From: a virus
Taxonomy: Duplodnaviria; Caudoviricetes
DNA: 58,269 nt
Virus record (IMG/VR): IMGVR_UViG_3300017728_000008
Coordinates: 1-58,269 of that record
Strand: one strand, 5' to 3'
The translations under genes were made by a program, and so were the position numbers. Below the pieces are notes generated by a model. It worked only from the letters and a program-made list of their open reading frames with translations. It searched no databases and had not been told where the DNA came from. Shown piece after piece: positions 55,716-58,269 of the stretch (positions within the stretch are counted from its first letter, which is position 1; each line of letters starts with the position of its first letter).

Positions 55716-57139
55716 CTAATTATTTGACTTATATTGCCGGTATTAGTATACCTTGCAAAGTTAATCTTTATTTTTGACTCTTTTTGTTCAGGTTGATATA
55801 GATGTTTTTGACAAGCCATTGCTGCTAATCCGGAACTAATTGATGCATCATACTTAGTTCTATTACTTATATCAAATCTCGCCCAATCTTCTAAGGTACG
55901 ATTAAAGCTAATATTCCCCATATCTCCATTTTCTTGTAGTCCCACATATTTTTCAATATAAGACTCAATAGCGGCAGCGTGTGCTTGTTTAACATCTTCG
56001 CTTGAGTTTGGTATCCCTCCTAATTCTTTTTCTGTCTTAGATAGTTTTATAAATTTTTTATCAGGACGATTCATACATAAACCTCTATATCCTCTATTTT
56101 TAAAATGATATAATAATCTTGGTTTGTTATTTTCAATTAATATTGGCATACCATAAAACACACATGCCATTAAAACATCTTCAAAAAATATTTCAGCAGT
56201 TTGAGGTCTTGCAATATATTCTAAGAAAAATTCATTACTTGGTGCTTCCTCCATACTAAACTTAGTAAGACCGTGTAAAGAACCGTTTGAACCTACTCCT
56301 CCAACAGTTCCGCTTATGTCATAAGAGTCACAACCGAATGCACCAATATGTTCGTTTCCGGGATATTTAATTCCATTTTTACTTAAAATGTTATTTTGCA
56401 AATTTTTATTTGGAACCCAAGTTATAAAAAACCTACCTCTATTGTCAGGTGAGAATATTACTTTACCATCTTTAATTCCATCCACCCAAGAAAATGTACC
56501 TCTACTTACGTGGTGGTCGGTTATCATTGCATCATTGTAATCTATTTGTTGATAGATTTTAGTTAAATTAAATAAAGACTGTTTACTCTCATCTCTAAAT
56601 GCATGAGATTCAGTTCTTGGAAATTGTCTGTAATATTCGTTCAATGCATCAGGGTCTTTTTTTAAAGAATCTACTTCATTCTCCCAATAATTAATCGCAC
56701 CTACTTTGATTAATTCATTATCTATTCCTAATACAGGTTTTTTTGTTTCAAAAACCGGATATCCATAGCGGTCAATAAATCCTTCCATATTCCATTCCAT
56801 TGGGATGAAAAGTGAATACATACCACTTTTAGTTTGACCATTAGCGTTTCTTGTTCTTACATCTGAATCATAGAATAATTGTTTAAAATTATTACCACCT
56901 TTATTTAAAGCATTAGAAGTAGAACCCATCATACACTTTCCAATTATCTTACTACCTAATCTTAAACACGTTTTAGTAACTCTCCAATTATTTAAAATAT
57001 TATTAGGCTTTAACCACTTGCCACTTTCATCGTGCACTAACAATAAAAGTTTTTCCCCATCATAAGAGTTGTCATCAGTATTTTTCCAATCTATAGTTGT
57101 GTCCAACCCTTCTATTTCATCGTCATCAAGATTGTACAT
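55712..57139 (-). CDS. terL: terminase large subunit, C-terminal part (Walker B and nuclease)
   Basis: LLVHDESGKW, MGSTSN, FGCDSYD, ILIENNK, KYDASISSG. Confidence 0.85.
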   Translation of the reverse strand: MYNLDDDEIEGLDTTIDWKNTDDNSYDGEKLLLLVHDESGKWLKPNNILNNWRVTKTCLRLGSKIIGKCMMGSTSNALNKGGNNFKQLFYDSDVRTRNANGQTKSGMYSLFIPMEWNMEGFIDRYGYPVFETKKPVLGIDNELIKVGAINYWENEVDSLKKDPDALNEYYRQFPRTESHAFRDESKQSLFNLTKIYQQIDYNDAMITDHHVSRGTFSWVDGIKDGKVIFSPDNRGRFFITWVPNKNLQNNILSKNGIKYPGNEHIGAFGCDSYDISGTVGGVGSNGSLHGLTKFSMEEAPSNEFFLEYIARPQTAEIFFEDVLMACVFYGMPILIENNKPRLLYHFKNRGYRGLCMNRPDKKFIKLSKTEKELGGIPNSSEDVKQAHAAAIESYIEKYVGLQENGDMGNISFNRTLEDWARFDISNRTKYDASISSGLAAMACQKHLYQPEQKESKIKINFARYTNTGNISQIIR

Positions 57140-57939
57140 ATTTTTTTTGTAATCTTAGACGCAGGAACTCTGTATGCTAATTCAGTTTTAGGCTTATCCA
57201 TTCCATCCATAATAGGTCTAAAGAAAAATGGCAACCTACTATTTATAGGGACAACTTTGTCGGTAAACATTTTTTTAGCATCAGACCCTGTTTTAGACAA
57301 TATACCCACACGTGAATCTTTGACAAGAGTAGCAGTATTAACACACTCAGAAGAAGACATAAAAGAAAAACCTGAACGTCTTATTTTTAAATATATCATT
57401 CCAAAACTTCGATAGTCTGCTTTACAAGCCTCCCAAAAAAGATATAGTATTCTATTAGCTTCTCTATAGTCCGGATATCCTACGTCAATTTGTGTCCATT
57501 GCAAATACATATAGTGAGCACCTGTAATGTATGTGGGTTTTCCATTATTTTTAAACCAATATCCATACTCTCTATAATCAAATTCTTTTTCAATGTAATC
57601 TACCCATGAGTTTTTAAAAGCCTTGGGCATTTCATTCCATTGAAATATAGAGTTTATTTTAGACAAACTTTTAGGTATTGATTTTCTTTCCCAATATTGT
57701 TTGTCTTTATTGTCGTGTCTTTGAAGACACGTGTTTGGGGGTTTGGGTAAAGCTATGATTAATCCATTTATAGAGATGATATCTTGAATCTGACCTGATT
57801 TTGAAATGACTATAACATCATATTTTTCGTTATAACCATATAACCAAGATTTATTTCTGTTTTTAGTTGAAATAACATTCTTAGGTATATAATCTTTAAG
57901 TGATTTATACAATTCGTTATTTAGAGTTTCTTTCTGCAA
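57112..57939 (-). CDS. terL: terminase large subunit, N-terminal part (Walker A); frame break at the A8 run 57141-57148; contains palindrome copy 11 (57715-57730)
   Basis: YITGAHYMYLQW, LKIRRSGFS; one extra A would join both ORFs as KITKKNMYN. Confidence 0.8.
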   Translation of the reverse strand: MQKETLNNELYKSLKDYIPKNVISTKNRNKSWLYGYNEKYDVIVISKSGQIQDIISINGLIIALPKPPNTCLQRHDNKDKQYWERKSIPKSLSKINSIFQWNEMPKAFKNSWVDYIEKEFDYREYGYWFKNNGKPTYITGAHYMYLQWTQIDVGYPDYREANRILYLFWEACKADYRSFGMIYLKIRRSGFSFMSSSECVNTATLVKDSRVGILSKTGSDAKKMFTDKVVPINSRLPFFFRPIMDGMDKPKTELAYRVPASKITKKICTILMTMK

Positions 57940-58192
57940 AGCCTTGTTTTGTATCTGTATTTGAACTTCCTAATGCTTCTAAATTTTCTTTTTCTTCTTC
58001 AATTTTTTTTATTATTTCAAACGCATCAAATATGCATAATTTCTTAGAAGCAGCAGCGTTTTTTAATCTGTCTGCCGCAAGGTCGTCCTCAGGGTCAGGT
58101 TTAATTATTTTTTCTTTAGCAACCTTAATCAGTTGCTCGACCGCTTGATAACCTGCTTCTATTATTTTTGTTTTTAACTCATTTGATTTCAT
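57917..58192 (-). CDS. putative terminase small subunit (start revised to MKSNEL)
   Basis: Small helical protein immediately upstream of terL; ATGA overlap with the upstream stop. Confidence 0.5.
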   Translation of the reverse strand: MKSNELKTKIIEAGYQAVEQLIKVAKEKIIKPDPEDDLAADRLKNAAASKKLCIFDAFEIIKKIEEEKENLEALGSSNTDTKQGFAERNSK

Positions 58193-58269
58193 AAAACTAA
58201 AGTTATACAATGGTCATACATTCTCCAAAGTTTTTCTCCATCAACTTCAAATTCATATTCTTGATTAGG
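58189..58269 (-). CDS. 3' end of a gene (PNQEYEFEVDGEKLWRMYDHCITLVL*), probably the gene starting at 350
   Basis: GroES-like C-terminal pattern (E.EVDGEK...M...I); stop overlaps the next ATG. Confidence 0.6.
   Translation of the reverse strand, partial: PNQEYEFEVDGEKLWRMYDHCITLVL

Noticed and set aside
1-58269. Stop-codon reassignment
   Set aside because: Long genes are intact under the standard code, and TAA, TAG and TGA all end genes

Overview
Near-complete (~58 kb, AT-rich) genome of a tailed dsDNA phage, probably podovirus-like and lytic. The host is most likely Bacteroidota (Flavobacteriia), based on many TAnnTTTG promoter boxes, A-rich leaders without Shine-Dalgarno sites and a BT4734/VirE-type primase. 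Both window ends fall inside what appears to be one gene, so the map is effectively circular with a small gap. There are two arms. The + arm (10.7-26.1 kb) carries early and replication genes: amidoligase, GATase-GGCT fusion, SSAP, exonuclease, SSB, primase-helicase, SF2 helicase, nucleases and two DnaA-domain-IV proteins. I recognised no DNA polymerase, RNA polymerase, integrase, methyltransferase or tRNA. The - arm carries terminase, portal, scaffold, capsid, tail, a 3187-aa virion protein, GroEL/GroES, a run of tiny basic proteins, lysis genes and a tail fibre. Two features stand out. (1) Three intergenic cassettes in the early region (12467-12544, 13515-13587, 14748-14825) each consist of a conserved hairpin fused to a complete type III hammerhead ribozyme. 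They would cut the early transcript into units, one of which contains only the GATase-GGCT gene. (2) A 16-bp palindrome GTGTCTTCAAAGACAC occurs in 11 perfect-arm copies plus one near copy, including inside genes in different reading frames, and forms the tip of two of the ribozyme-linked hairpins. Protein calls come from motif recognition by eye, not database searches.
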